This document shows positions 1 through 9,900 of a stretch of 64,000 nucleotides of DNA, in pieces. The notes under the pieces were generated by a model. That model was not told the DNA's origin. It saw only the letters and a list, made by a program, of their open reading frames with translations, and made no database searches. Position 1 is the stretch's first letter. The number at the start of each line of letters is the position of its first letter. The position numbers were made by a program, and so were the translations under genes. Source of the stretch: Candidatus Nanopelagicales bacterium (lineage in GTDB: Bacteria; Actinomycetota; Actinomycetes; S36-B12; UBA10799); contig JBAYVO010000001.1 in NCBI GenBank assembly GCA_041674545.1, positions 89,057 through 153,056 on the forward strand, in the 5' to 3' direction.

Positions 1-2628
1 CGGAGCCTCCAAAGAGAACCCGGCTGTGCGAGGGAGACGCTGCTCTGCAGGGGTGTGAGCGACTGGCTCGGTCTCCACGGACTCGGCCACCGGCTCCAGA
101 GCAGCTGCACGCTCAGACATGGAAAGCACACCCAGCGCTTCCCTCTGATCGCGAGAAAGGTAGTCAACTGCAAGGCGCTTGAAGACATAGTCGAGCACAG
201 AACTGGAAAGTCGGATATCGGGGTCCGACGTCATTCCACGCGGCTCGAACTGCATGCCTGTGAACTTATCTACGAACGATTCCAGCGGAATTCCGTACTG
301 CAATCCGATAGAAACGGCGATGGAGAATGCATCCATCACGCCAGCCAGCGTCGATCCCTGCTTACCAAGCTTCAGGAAGATCTCGCCAAGCTGACCATCT
401 TCGGTATCCGACGACGTCAGATACCCGCTCGCGCCTCCGACCTCAAACGATGTCGTGAGACCATTACGACGTGCAGGAAGACGGCGGCGCTGAGGCACGA
501 CCACCGGAGCGTCTTCCGCCTTCTTGTCCGCGCTGGTCGCCAGCGGCTGCGTGGCCTTGCAGCCATCGCGATAGACCGCAAGAGCCTTCAGGCCCAGCGA
601 CCACCCGGACATGTAGACGTTGGCGATGTCCTCGACTGAAGCGTCAGCGGGGAGGTTCACCGTCTTGGAGATCGCGCCAGACAGGAACGGCTGCACCGCA
701 GCCATCATGTTGACGTGCCCCATCGGAGAAATGAACCGCTCACCCGTAGCGCAATCGAACACTTCGTAATGCTTCTCGTCCAGACCGGGAGCGCCGACAA
801 CAGAGTTGTTGTCCTTGACGAACGCGACAATACCCTCGATCTGCGCAGATGAGTAGCCCAGGTTCCGCAGCGCCGACGGGACCGTCTGGTTGACGATCAC
901 CATAGAACCGCCACCGTGCATCTTCTTGTGCTTGACCAGGCTGAAGTCCGGCTCCACACCAGTGGTGTCACAGTCCATCATAAAGCTGATCGTGCCCGTC
1001 GGAGCGAGCAACGAAATCTGCGCGTTACGGAAACCGGTGACCGCGCCGATGTCCAGCGCGTCCGCCCACTCCTGCGTCGCGAAATCCCGGATACCGACGT
1101 CAGTACCCGGAGCCAGCCGCAGGTGCTCGTTGGCCGCAGCGTGCATCCCCACGACCTTGAGGTGCGCCTTGGCGTTGCGCGCGTGCCCCTGGTACGCGCC
1201 CTTGGCCCGAGCGATGACCGCCGACTGCCGGTAGCTCGTCGCGCTCATCAGCGAGGTGATCGACGCCGCGATTGCCCGGCCACCCTCAGAGTCGTACGCC
1301 AAGCCCATGGCCATGAGCAGCGCACCCAGGTTGCTGTAGCCGATGCCCAGCTGCCGGTACTCGCGGGTGACCTTCCCGATCTTCTCGGTCGGGAAGTCCG
1401 CAAACGACACCGAGATGTCCATCGACGAGATGACGATTTCAACGGCCTGCGAGAACTTCAGGTAATCGAAGCGCAGGTCCGGGGTCAGGAACTTGAGCAG
1501 GTTCAGCGATGCCAGATTACAGCTGGAGTTATCCAGATGCATGTACTCCGAGCACGGATTCGAAGTCGTGATCCGGCCCGACTCCGGACAGGTGTGCCAC
1601 TTGTTAATCGTGTCACCGTACTGAATGCCCGGGTCCGCACATTCCCACGCAGCCTTGGACAGCGCCTCGAAGATCCTGCGCGCGGGCAGCGTCTCCGCTA
1701 CCGAGCCGTCGGTGCGGTTGTGCAACGAAAACATCTTGTCATCACGCACCGCCGCCATGAACTCATCGGAGACACGAATCGAGTTGTTCGCATTCTGATA
1801 CTGAACCGAGTTGTAGTTCTCAGACGCCATGCCCATGTCGAACCCGGCGGCGGAGAGGGCGCGGATCTTGTCCTCTTCGCGAGCCTTGATCTCGATGAAC
1901 TTCATGACATCGGGATGGTCCACATCCAGGCAAACGAGCTTCGCCGCCCGACGATTCGCTCCGCCCGACTGGATCGTCCCAGCGGACGAATCCGCGCCCC
2001 GCATGAACGACACCGGACCGGACGCCTGACCACCCGATGAGAGCAACTCCTTGGAGCCCCGAAGACGAGACAGGTTCACACCCGCGCCGGAGCCGCCCTT
2101 GAAGATCATCCCCTCTTCTTTATACCAATCGAGAATCGCCTCCATGTCGTCCTCGACGGCCAGAAGGAAACACGCGCTGACCTGCTGCGGAGCCTTGGTG
2201 CCGACGTTGAACCACACCGGCGAGTTGTAAGCAAAGATCTGGTGCAGCAGCATGTAGGTCAGCTCAGCGCGGAACGCATCCGCCGACTCGGTGTCTGCAA
2301 AGTAGTTGTTGCGAATACCTTCATCAGCGTACTTATTCGCAACACGACCAATAACCTGCTTGAGCGACCACTCCCGATCGGGGGTGCCCATCTTGCCTCG
2401 AAAATACTTCGAAGCAACGATCTGGCGCGCATTCATCGACCACTCAGCGGGGAACTCGGTGCCCAGCTGCTCGAAGTTGATCTCGCCAGTGCGGTAGTCC
2501 TTCAAAACGATGTCGGTGCTCTCCCACGCCACCTCAGAGAACGGATCCACGCCTGGCTTTGTGTAGACCCGGGTTACGACGATTCCCGTCGGCCGAGTCG
2601 AAACTTCATCAGTGGTCTGCACAGACAC
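1..2628 (-). CDS. nrdJ: Class II (adenosylcobalamin-dependent) ribonucleotide reductase NrdJ; C-terminus runs off the window
   Basis: Minus-strand frame is open from GTG 2628 (GGAAAGG 8 nt upstream) to position 1. It is absent from the ORF track because no stop lies in the window. My own translation contains YNSPVWFNVG, FKGGSGAGVNLSRLRGS, TSNPCSEYMHLDNSSCNLASLNL, PTGTISFMMDCDTTGVEPDFSLVK and AISKTVNLP, which are RNR class II hallmarks. No intein-like insertion seen. Confidence 0.9.
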   Translation of the reverse strand, partial: MSVQTTDEVSTRPTGIVVTRVYTKPGVDPFSEVAWESTDIVLKDYRTGEINFEQLGTEFPAEWSMNARQIVASKYFRGKMGTPDREWSLKQVIGRVANKYADEGIRNNYFADTESADAFRAELTYMLLHQIFAYNSPVWFNVGTKAPQQVSACFLLAVEDDMEAILDWYKEEGMIFKGGSGAGVNLSRLRGSKELLSSGGQASGPVSFMRGADSSAGTIQSGGANRRAAKLVCLDVDHPDVMKFIEIKAREEDKIRALSAAGFDMGMASENYNSVQYQNANNSIRVSDEFMAAVRDDKMFSLHNRTDGSVAETLPARRIFEALSKAAWECADPGIQYGDTINKWHTCPESGRITTSNPCSEYMHLDNSSCNLASLNLLKFLTPDLRFDYLKFSQAVEIVISSMDISVSFADFPTEKIGKVTREYRQLGIGYSNLGALLMAMGLAYDSEGGRAIAASITSLMSATSYRQSAVIARAKGAYQGHARNAKAHLKVVGMHAAANEHLRLAPGTDVGIRDFATQEWADALDIGAVTGFRNAQISLLAPTGTISFMMDCDTTGVEPDFSLVKHKKMHGGGSMVIVNQTVPSALRNLGYSSAQIEGIVAFVKDNNSVVGAPGLDEKHYEVFDCATGERFISPMGHVNMMAAVQPFLSGAISKTVNLPADASVEDIANVYMSGWSLGLKALAVYRDGCKATQPLATSADKKAEDAPVVVPQRRRLPARRNGLTTSFEVGGASGYLTSSDTEDGQLGEIFLKLGKQGSTLAGVMDAFSIAVSIGLQYGIPLESFVDKFTGMQFEPRGMTSDPDIRLSSSVLDYVFKRLAVDYLSRDQREALGVLSMSERAAALEPVAESVETEPVAHTPAEQRLPRTAGFSLEAP

Positions 2629-2688
2629 GAGCAAGCCTTTCCTGCAGGTAATGCGCTCAAAGCGTCTTGATGTAAAGCGCCAGATACG

Positions 2689-4374
2689 TCACGCCACGCG
2701 GCGGTTGAGCGCCTGCGGTGCGATCAGCGCGGAGATTTCTGCCGGAGACAGCGTGCGGAACAGATCGGACTCCTCTTCCCACACGGCCGACGCCAATGCG
2801 GCCTCGGTCTCCAACATCGCCAACGCCCGCTCCTCGTGGGTATCTGTCGTAAGTAGATTGTGTACGTACACAGCCTGGAAACGAGAGCCCTGACGACGAA
2901 CCCGACCAGCAAGCTGCTGCATACGTGCTGGGTTCGGCAGCTGATCCACGTTCACCAGATGCCGAGCCACCTGCAAGTTCAGCGACTTCTCGATGGCCGA
3001 GGTCCCCAACAACACTCGACAGGACGGATCCTCACGAAACCGCTCCAGGGCGGCGTCACGAACAGCGCCACGGCGTTCCTCGCCCCAGATGACCTCGTAC
3101 CCAAGCCCTTCGGATTCCATCCGATGTGCGAGCGAACGAAGACCGTTCTTGTACTGGATGAAAACGACAACCTTCTCGCCCGCGTCGTCTTCAGATTCAC
3201 CAGCCCAGTCCCCGGTCAGACGGTCGAGCAGCCAATCGAACTTCACGGACTTACCCGGACCGTCGGGATCCCCGATTACCGACAGTCCTTCGCAAATCTG
3301 CTTCCCGTAGAGCAGCTTGTTCAACGCATTGATCCGCTGGTTCTCACCGTTGCGCACCATTTCGAGAACACCCTGCTGCAACTCGCGATACTTCTCGCGC
3401 TGCAACGGGTGCAACTCCAGAAAAATGTTCGAGGGCACGATCTCGGGAAGCTCGACATCATCGATTTGCGCCAGCGAACGGCGCAGCACCATCGGCGCGA
3501 TCTTCTCCCGAAACTCCGGAAGCCGACGAATACCGGTGGTCTCCATCTTCGTGCGCTTGACCGGACGTCCGCGCGGACCGTTGACCCAGTAGTCCACCGG
3601 CTCCTTGCGAATGTGTCGGCGCTCGAACTCGGTACGCGGACCGAGCCGGTGCAGCGCTGAACCACCGATCTGGCTCAGCGAGTCATACAGCTCCAGCAGC
3701 TTCTTATGCAAAGGCGTGGCGTTGAGCAGGATGATGCGGTCGCACGAATTGTTCTCGATGCCCAGCTTCTTGAGCGCGTGCGCCGTCTTCGTCTCGGAGT
3801 GCCGCAACGGATCCACGTCATCCATCACCAACGTGGAGATCCCCAGCTCCTGCAGCTGGTAGTAGTCCTGACGCGCCATCTGGTGACCGATGATCAGAAC
3901 ATCCCACGGCTCGGCATAGCGGTCCGCGCGCTTACGCTGCGAGCCCTCGGCCAACTCCGTGATCAGACCCGGGACCGCGCGGCGAATCTCGCGCTGCCAC
4001 TGCCTCATAGCCGTTGGCTCGCACACCACCAGAGCGCGGCCACCGCCCCGAGGTCGACTCAGCTCGCCGGTCTCGAACAACAGCGCGAACAAACCCGTGA
4101 TCACGTGAGTCTTGCCGGACCCGACAGGATCAGCGATCAGACCACGCTTGACCAGCCAAAGCCACATGACCGCAACCCGCTGGTGACGACGCAGCTTGAT
4201 GCCGCACGCCCGGCAATACGGGTTCGGATCTGGGTTTTCGGGGGCGTGCTCTGAGCACGGAGATGAGTTGAACAACGACATCTCTGGCATGCCAGGAATG
4301 TCGTAGGAATTGCGGACAATTTCGGCTGCCTCCGCCAGCGCAGCCGGATTGACCCTATCCAGAACTGAGGGCAC
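2689..4374 (-). CDS. SNF2-family DNA helicase/ATPase
   Basis: 561-aa ORF. Walker A DPVGSGKTH, motif II VMDDVD, SNF2-type LLNATPLHKKLLELY, motif VI QLAGRVRRQGS. GTG start with GAAGGA upstream. Confidence 0.8.
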   Translation of the reverse strand: MPSVLDRVNPAALAEAAEIVRNSYDIPGMPEMSLFNSSPCSEHAPENPDPNPYCRACGIKLRRHQRVAVMWLWLVKRGLIADPVGSGKTHVITGLFALLFETGELSRPRGGGRALVVCEPTAMRQWQREIRRAVPGLITELAEGSQRKRADRYAEPWDVLIIGHQMARQDYYQLQELGISTLVMDDVDPLRHSETKTAHALKKLGIENNSCDRIILLNATPLHKKLLELYDSLSQIGGSALHRLGPRTEFERRHIRKEPVDYWVNGPRGRPVKRTKMETTGIRRLPEFREKIAPMVLRRSLAQIDDVELPEIVPSNIFLELHPLQREKYRELQQGVLEMVRNGENQRINALNKLLYGKQICEGLSVIGDPDGPGKSVKFDWLLDRLTGDWAGESEDDAGEKVVVFIQYKNGLRSLAHRMESEGLGYEVIWGEERRGAVRDAALERFREDPSCRVLLGTSAIEKSLNLQVARHLVNVDQLPNPARMQQLAGRVRRQGSRFQAVYVHNLLTTDTHEERALAMLETEAALASAVWEEESDLFRTLSPAEISALIAPQALNRRVA

Positions 4375-4400
4375 GAAACGCGTCCTTCACTTGCGAGTGG

Positions 4401-4691
4401 TTACTGAATCGCTTGATCAGTCCTACCCGCCGAAGGCAGATCCCGGACGAACCGAGGGGGCGACCCCCACGTCACGAGAGGCGGTTGAGCTGCAGGTTTG
4501 CGGGGTGTCACCACCGCGACCGCATAATTCAAATCCCTAGAGAACGCCTGAATTGCCTCAGCAATCAAAGACGTGCGCCAGTCAGCCTTCATGGACATCT
4601 CCCCAGTGATGTCTGCCGACAGATCTACCAAGATAGGTGACCTGATGAAGGCGGTTAAGGCGACGTGCTCGGTGGCATCCCTGCACCACAC
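4401..4691 (-). CDS. Hypothetical protein (true start may be the internal MSMKADW...)
   Basis: ORF on the coding strand filling the gap between the nuclease and helicase genes. No recognisable motif. Confidence 0.35.
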   Translation of the reverse strand: MWCRDATEHVALTAFIRSPILVDLSADITGEMSMKADWRTSLIAEAIQAFSRDLNYAVAVVTPRKPAAQPPLVTWGSPPRFVRDLPSAGRTDQAIQ

Positions 4692-4728
4692 CGCTGCGGG
4701 ACAGATTAACCCCTCGGCACGCGAACTC

Positions 4729-5163
4729 CTACCTCAACCTCCGTTCCGGCCAAGGAACCGCGTGACCAGCAGAGATCATGAGCTGAGACATGTCTTCGCC
4801 GTCAATCCACACCTTTGACAGACGCTTATCGAAATTCCAGCCTCCAATGTCGACAACGAAATCTCCGCATCTATGCAGGCAGTCCACCGTCCACTGTTGA
4901 GCCACCGCGCCCTTGGGCGTCGACAGACCCGGAGCATCACAACCGGACAACCGCAACCACGGCCAGAAACCCACACCCTGCTCGTCATCGGCAATGAGCA
5001 CCACGCGGAACGTGTCCGCATCATGCACGTCGACCAGCGACAGCACTCCGCCGACGAACAGACCGTGGTAGCGAGAGATCTGCGGTGTCTCCGGATGCCG
5101 AGAGTTCCTGCGAAACGCGGGAAACCGGCGCGTGACATCTACAGCGGGAAGCGGCCAGGTCAC
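4729..5163 (-). CDS. Staphylococcal-nuclease-like (SNase/thermonuclease fold) protein
   Basis: VHDADTFRV and LRLSGCDAPGL resemble the SNase DGDT and RLxGIDAPE motifs, but the catalytic Glu position reads Gly. Start reassigned to GTG 5163, which overlaps the upstream TGA (GTGA). The track's longer version overlaps the NlpC/P60 gene. Confidence 0.5.
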   Translation of the reverse strand: MTWPLPAVDVTRRFPAFRRNSRHPETPQISRYHGLFVGGVLSLVDVHDADTFRVVLIADDEQGVGFWPWLRLSGCDAPGLSTPKGAVAQQWTVDCLHRCGDFVVDIGGWNFDKRLSKVWIDGEDMSQLMISAGHAVPWPERRLR

Positions 5164-5858
5164 GTCGGGATCCGACCGTACTCTGTCATTGTTGAATACA
5201 CCTTGTGAATCCCCACCGTTGTACCCGGCTGGGGGGCATCGATCATCACGCCGCCCCCCAGATAAATGCCGACGTGCCCAGGCCCGTACACCAGGTCTCC
5301 GGCACGAGCCGCCGAGCGCGAGATCGGTGTTGTCCAACTACGGAGGGTCAAAGATGTTCGGTATGTGTTTGTCAACCCCGCCTGCTTGAGCACGAGATAC
5401 ACCAGACCAGAGCAATCAACACCGGAACGCGCCTTGCCGCCCCAGCGGTACGGCACACCGATGTAGGTCTTCGCGATGGCAACAATCCCCGCCACGCCTG
5501 CAACCTGCTCGACCAGCCCACCCACCAGACCCGGATCAGCGGCTGTAGGCGGCGCTGTGGAGGTTCGCGGGGGAGCAGACGACGTAGCAGAAGCCGTCGG
5601 CGTGACGAACTTCTGAGGGATCTCAGCGGGCTCCGCTGGAATGACCACAGGAGTCAAAGATGTGGTGTCCGCCAACGATTGCGACGGCACGGCAGCAAGC
5701 CCGATCGGCACCGTGGTCGAAGTGTCAGCGGGAGAAGTGACAGCTCGAAATGCGCCGGAATCGGACACGACCAAGCCGCCAGCTGCAGCGATGGCAGCAG
5801 CGGTGGTCAAAAGCTTCTTGTTGGAGTGCGCGGGCGGTTTGCGGTGACGTCCAGCCAT
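5160..5858 (-). CDS. Secreted or membrane-anchored NlpC/P60 peptidoglycan endopeptidase
   Basis: N-terminal GRHRKP + KKLLTTAAAIAAAGGLVV signal/anchor, a Pro/Thr/Ala linker, and a C-terminal NlpC/P60 core (VPYRWGGKARSGVDCSGLV ... GDLVYGPGHVGIYLGGGVMIDAP). Confidence 0.85.
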   Translation of the reverse strand: MAGRHRKPPAHSNKKLLTTAAAIAAAGGLVVSDSGAFRAVTSPADTSTTVPIGLAAVPSQSLADTTSLTPVVIPAEPAEIPQKFVTPTASATSSAPPRTSTAPPTAADPGLVGGLVEQVAGVAGIVAIAKTYIGVPYRWGGKARSGVDCSGLVYLVLKQAGLTNTYRTSLTLRSWTTPISRSAARAGDLVYGPGHVGIYLGGGVMIDAPQPGTTVGIHKVYSTMTEYGRIPT

Positions 5859-5895
5859 GCGTGACTACCTCTAGTCATGGCCCGACGTCCAGCGC

Positions 5896-6624
5896 TCAGT
5901 TCGGCCTGTGGTCCTTCAAGCGGCGGGTGCGCGCCGCTTCACGGTCTTTCATCTTCATCAACCACTCTGGAGGGGGAGTAGCTCCAAAGTACGTGTTGAT
6001 CTTTCCGCCCTCATAGTTGAGGACGTAACCGCCCTTGGCGATCTGGAAAGGCTTCCGCAACTTTCCCATGTAGTCGAACTTGTCGCCTCGCGAAACAACC
6101 GGGGAGAAAAAGTCTGGCAGGACGAAGTTCGAGACCGACACACCATCAATTGTGTAAAAGTCGCTCTGCACGGGGTCACAGACCTCAGTAGCGACCAGCC
6201 ACCCCTTGCCTGAATCCGACCAGCCCGAGCAGGACGGATTCACCAGCATCTCGCACACCTCATGCGAGACGATCGTCGACACCGACAGCTTCCCTGTCAG
6301 AATCTTTGACCCGGCATCGAGCACCGTGCCGACACCTACAATACCAGTAATTACGTCGCCTTCAAGCTCCGTGTGATATCCCAGAGCATTAGACTCGTCA
6401 CTCACCGATACCAGACGGAGAACCCAGTCTCCCTTGCCCGGCTTCTGACCCGGGTTAAGCACCATGACTGGACTGGGCAGCAGACGGTATGCGGGCGCCA
6501 GATGAGCCTGCACCTGCGTATGACAGGCGCGGGCCATCCGAGCTACATCATTGTCCGTCACAAGATCTGTCTCACGAGACAGATACAGGACCGGACCTAC
6601 AGTCTGGTAGGAAAGGTTGCCCAC
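5896..6624 (-). CDS. Hypothetical protein (242 aa)
   Basis: Long ORF on the coding strand. GTG 6624 overlaps the upstream TAG (TAGTG). Contains SHEVCEML but no second His, so no protease call. Confidence 0.6.
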   Translation of the reverse strand: MGNLSYQTVGPVLYLSRETDLVTDNDVARMARACHTQVQAHLAPAYRLLPSPVMVLNPGQKPGKGDWVLRLVSVSDESNALGYHTELEGDVITGIVGVGTVLDAGSKILTGKLSVSTIVSHEVCEMLVNPSCSGWSDSGKGWLVATEVCDPVQSDFYTIDGVSVSNFVLPDFFSPVVSRGDKFDYMGKLRKPFQIAKGGYVLNYEGGKINTYFGATPPPEWLMKMKDREAARTRRLKDHRPN

Positions 6625-6878
6625 TACCCAGTCTTCGCCGGAACCTTGCCGTTGGTCTCCGGCTTGGCCTCAGCAACCTCGGCGGCCAACTCAGGTGCGA
6701 CTGCAGACTCCGCCTCATCAGTGCTCAGACCAAGCACGTCAGCCTTGGACTCCAGGTAAGCCACGAGCTGCTGGTATTGCGCTCGAACGATAGACAGGTT
6801 TTTAGCAGACTCAGCCAGCTGGTGCGCCAGGTCAGCAAGAGCAACATCAGCAATACTGGGCGCTTCATTCTCGGCCAC
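6624..6878 (-). CDS. Small acidic coiled-coil protein downstream of the tail fibre
   Basis: 84-aa Ala/Glu/Leu-rich ORF directly after the fibre gene. Function unknown. Confidence 0.5.
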   Translation of the reverse strand: MAENEAPSIADVALADLAHQLAESAKNLSIVRAQYQQLVAYLESKADVLGLSTDEAESAVAPELAAEVAEAKPETNGKVPAKTG

Positions 6879-6925
6879 GAAAGCTCCTCCAGGGAATCAG
6901 AACAACACGGCAATGTTCGGCAAGG

Positions 6926-9900
6926 CTACGCAGCAGGCTTCAAATCATTGACATCCCTGCGGAGCTTTCGAAGCTCCTGTTCCTGCTCTCGACACACCTG
7001 CCACAAAAATCCCACAAAGTCCCGGATGTCGATGCCGAGACCACCCTCAATAGCAGGAGCATCCCTCACCAACTCAGGAAGAACAGCCTGCACATCCTCG
7101 GCAATCGGGAAAAAGTGCGGCTTGTGAATTGGCTCATCTAAAGCGTCAGATTCTACAATTTCATATACAGGAGCCTTGGTCTCCACATCCAAGACAGGCA
7201 TTCCCTTTTGATCCCGCTTGGCAATACGCTGACGAACTTTACGTTTTGCGGGAACAGCTTCACCGGGAACACGCTCGTTCTTGTAATTCCACTGCTTAGA
7301 CTCAACCGCCATAAGACCCTCGCGGGCGCTGGCAACATTTTCAAAAGAAATCTTCTTCTCGTTCTTCTTGGAACCACGACCCGAAGGCGCATTCCAATAT
7401 GCAGCATATCCACCGCGCAAAACCGAGTAGTTTTCGTTTCCGTACAAAAACATCTCAGTGTTGGTAGAAAGAAGAATACCAACGTTACCCGAAATACCAT
7501 GTAAGAACGGGCCTGAAGTGGAAGGACGAACAATCAATGTTCCCTGGCTGACAACAGCACCGCCAGAGGTGCGTCGAGAAAAACCGATAGTGCCGTTACC
7601 CGACACCTGCTGGCCTTCGAGGTTAACCTCACCACCCCAAATGTTCATGTCATCACCGAACGCAGAACACGCAGTACGCGTAACACCGTTCAACTGATTA
7701 GCAATAAACGCCTCACCCGGGTAGCAACCCACAGCTCCCAGTCGACCACTAATGGTCTGCGAACGAATGATGCAAGACGCCCCGCTACCAATACCAGCAG
7801 GCTCAGCAGAAATAGTGCAGTAGTTTGTATTGTCCTGGTAAAAACGAATAGCGTCAGGAGCAGAGCTGCCAGGGTTAATAACAATACGAGTTCCTGTAGA
7901 AGCTGTTGTCAGCTCTCCCATAAAGAACGCGCTACCGTTAGTGGAGTTCAAAAAGAATGTACGAACACCAGCCGCAGTAAACGCCTGCAAGCCAGTACCC
8001 GCCGTCATTTCCACCCGAGCGCCGGTGGCAGCAGCACCCGCGATGATTCGAGACGACAACACCAGGTCAGCCTGAAGCTTGTCCGCCGTGATCAGACGAG
8101 CCGTAAGGTTTGTAGTAGTAATTGTATCAGCGGCAATATTTGTACCAGTAATAGTAGCAGCGGCGATTTCAGTAGCAGTCAGAGTCGCTGTCGCAATCTT
8201 ATCCGCAAGAATAGATCGCGCAGTAATTGCATTACCATTAATGGTGTTCGCCAGAATCTGATCACCATTGATTTGATTACCCTCAATGATGTTACCGACG
8301 ATCCGGCCACCTTGGATATACGTACCGAAGATGCGGCCTGCAAAGAACGATGCTGACGTCAGCGAACCGCCCACGATGGCACCCGACACCGCCGTACCTA
8401 ACGTGGGCGAGATGCGCGTGACGATGGTGTCCTGCGCACGCACAGACGCCGATTTGGCCTCCAGGCCCTCCCAAGAGCAGCCCGGCTCACCGCCCGCACA
8501 GAACGGCGTGGCGATCTCACGATCCGCCTCCACCTGCACACCGGACCACCAGATAGGTGACACCGTGATGCGATTCTGCCGAGCCTGATCTTTGGACGGG
8601 TTATGCAAGCGGACCTTGTCCATCACGCCGGTGCACTGCACCTGCACGCGGGTCCACTGATTCGGCACCACAGGCGTAGCCGACGATGTGCCGCGTCCGA
8701 GATTGAGCGTGGAGTCCCGGCCCTCGATCTGCACCCAGCACGCGACATCCGACCACACGTAGATCGACAGCAGGTTGTCGAGGGTGTCCGGGATCGGAAC
8801 CGGGATCAGCGACGACGTCGAGATGCCAGGAGAGCCATCCCACTGGTAGCCCTCGGAGTCGCCGTCGAAGAATGCGCGGATCGCGGATGTCTGCTCATAC
8901 AGCACATCCGAAACCTGCAACGTGTCAGTATTGTTGAGCGTCGGAGCATAAATCTCCAGCTTGGCCGTCACCGCATTCGAGGGTGCGACCTTCACCAGTC
9001 CGATCTGCATGACACGGTTGGCGAACAGCGAGAACAGCGACGACGAATCTGTCTGAATCACCTCGCTGGTGACGTCGAACCACACGATGCGCGCCTGAAC
9101 GTACTGCGCCACCGACGCGCGGACCGAACACGAGAACGCCCACTGCGACAGCCCTGACACCGCGAGCGACGTCGCACGCATCGCAGCCGGGCCGGTGCTG
9201 GTCGCCTGCAGCTGCGCGGCGTGAGACTTCACAAAGCCGAGAACGGACTCACGAGTGAAGTTCTGGTACGCCACGGGGGACTGCGGAGTGCTAATAGTAA
9301 ACGTGACATTGTCAATCCAGACAGTGTCAGATCCACCAGTAGTCGCAGCGTTCTTGATGTAAGTAAATGTAATGTTCTGACCCGGGACCACGGCGTACGC
9401 AGCGGACTGGGTCCACACCGCCGATGTACCGGACGCCTGCATCTGCTGTACACCATTGACGGCAAAACGGAAGAAGTCGTTGACCTCGGACGAGACGCGA
9501 TACCAGAACTGCACCTGCGTGGCGTTGGCGGGCACCACGAACGTCGCCACCGAGGACGCGCTGTTACCGATGGTCGACGCCTTGAAACACCACGACCCGG
9601 ACTGCGGAGTGGTGTTCACCCGCGTCCACGGACCGCTGATCGTGGTCACATATGTGGTGTCTTCAAAGTCCTCGGTCAGCGACGTGATAACCGGCGGAAC
9701 AGGGTACAGCGGGGACGACTGCTCCCACCCCGACAGCGTGGTGTCGAGACCTGGGTTCGTGCTCTTGTTGTAGCGAGTGGCCGCAGGAGAGGTGCCCGTG
9801 CCGACCGTGTTCTTGAACGGCACATCGACATACGACGGAGCCGCAGGGTTCGGGTTGGTGCCACGGAATTTGACCGCGTACTCACCCGCAAAAACATGGC

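Noticed and set aside
1-2628. Possible intein or intron in NrdJ (also considered for the terminase and capsid genes, given the nearby homing endonucleases)
   Set aside because: Translations run continuously through the conserved motifs, with no extra Cys/Ser...HN block or frame break. The endonucleases are free-standing.
4729-5337. Longest-ORF starts from the track for several genes (4729..5337, 28936..30210, 34017..34250, 34943..35206, 37958..38194, 38705..39124, 40154..40660)
   Set aside because: These starts overlap the upstream gene by 30-260 nt. Internal ATG/GTG/TTG starts give the 1-4 nt overlaps or RBS spacing used throughout this genome, so the shorter versions are reported.
5896-6624. 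Metalloprotease or amidase call based on SHEVCEML
   Set aside because: It is HExxE rather than HExxH, and I could not recognise a supporting third ligand or family pattern. It is left as hypothetical.
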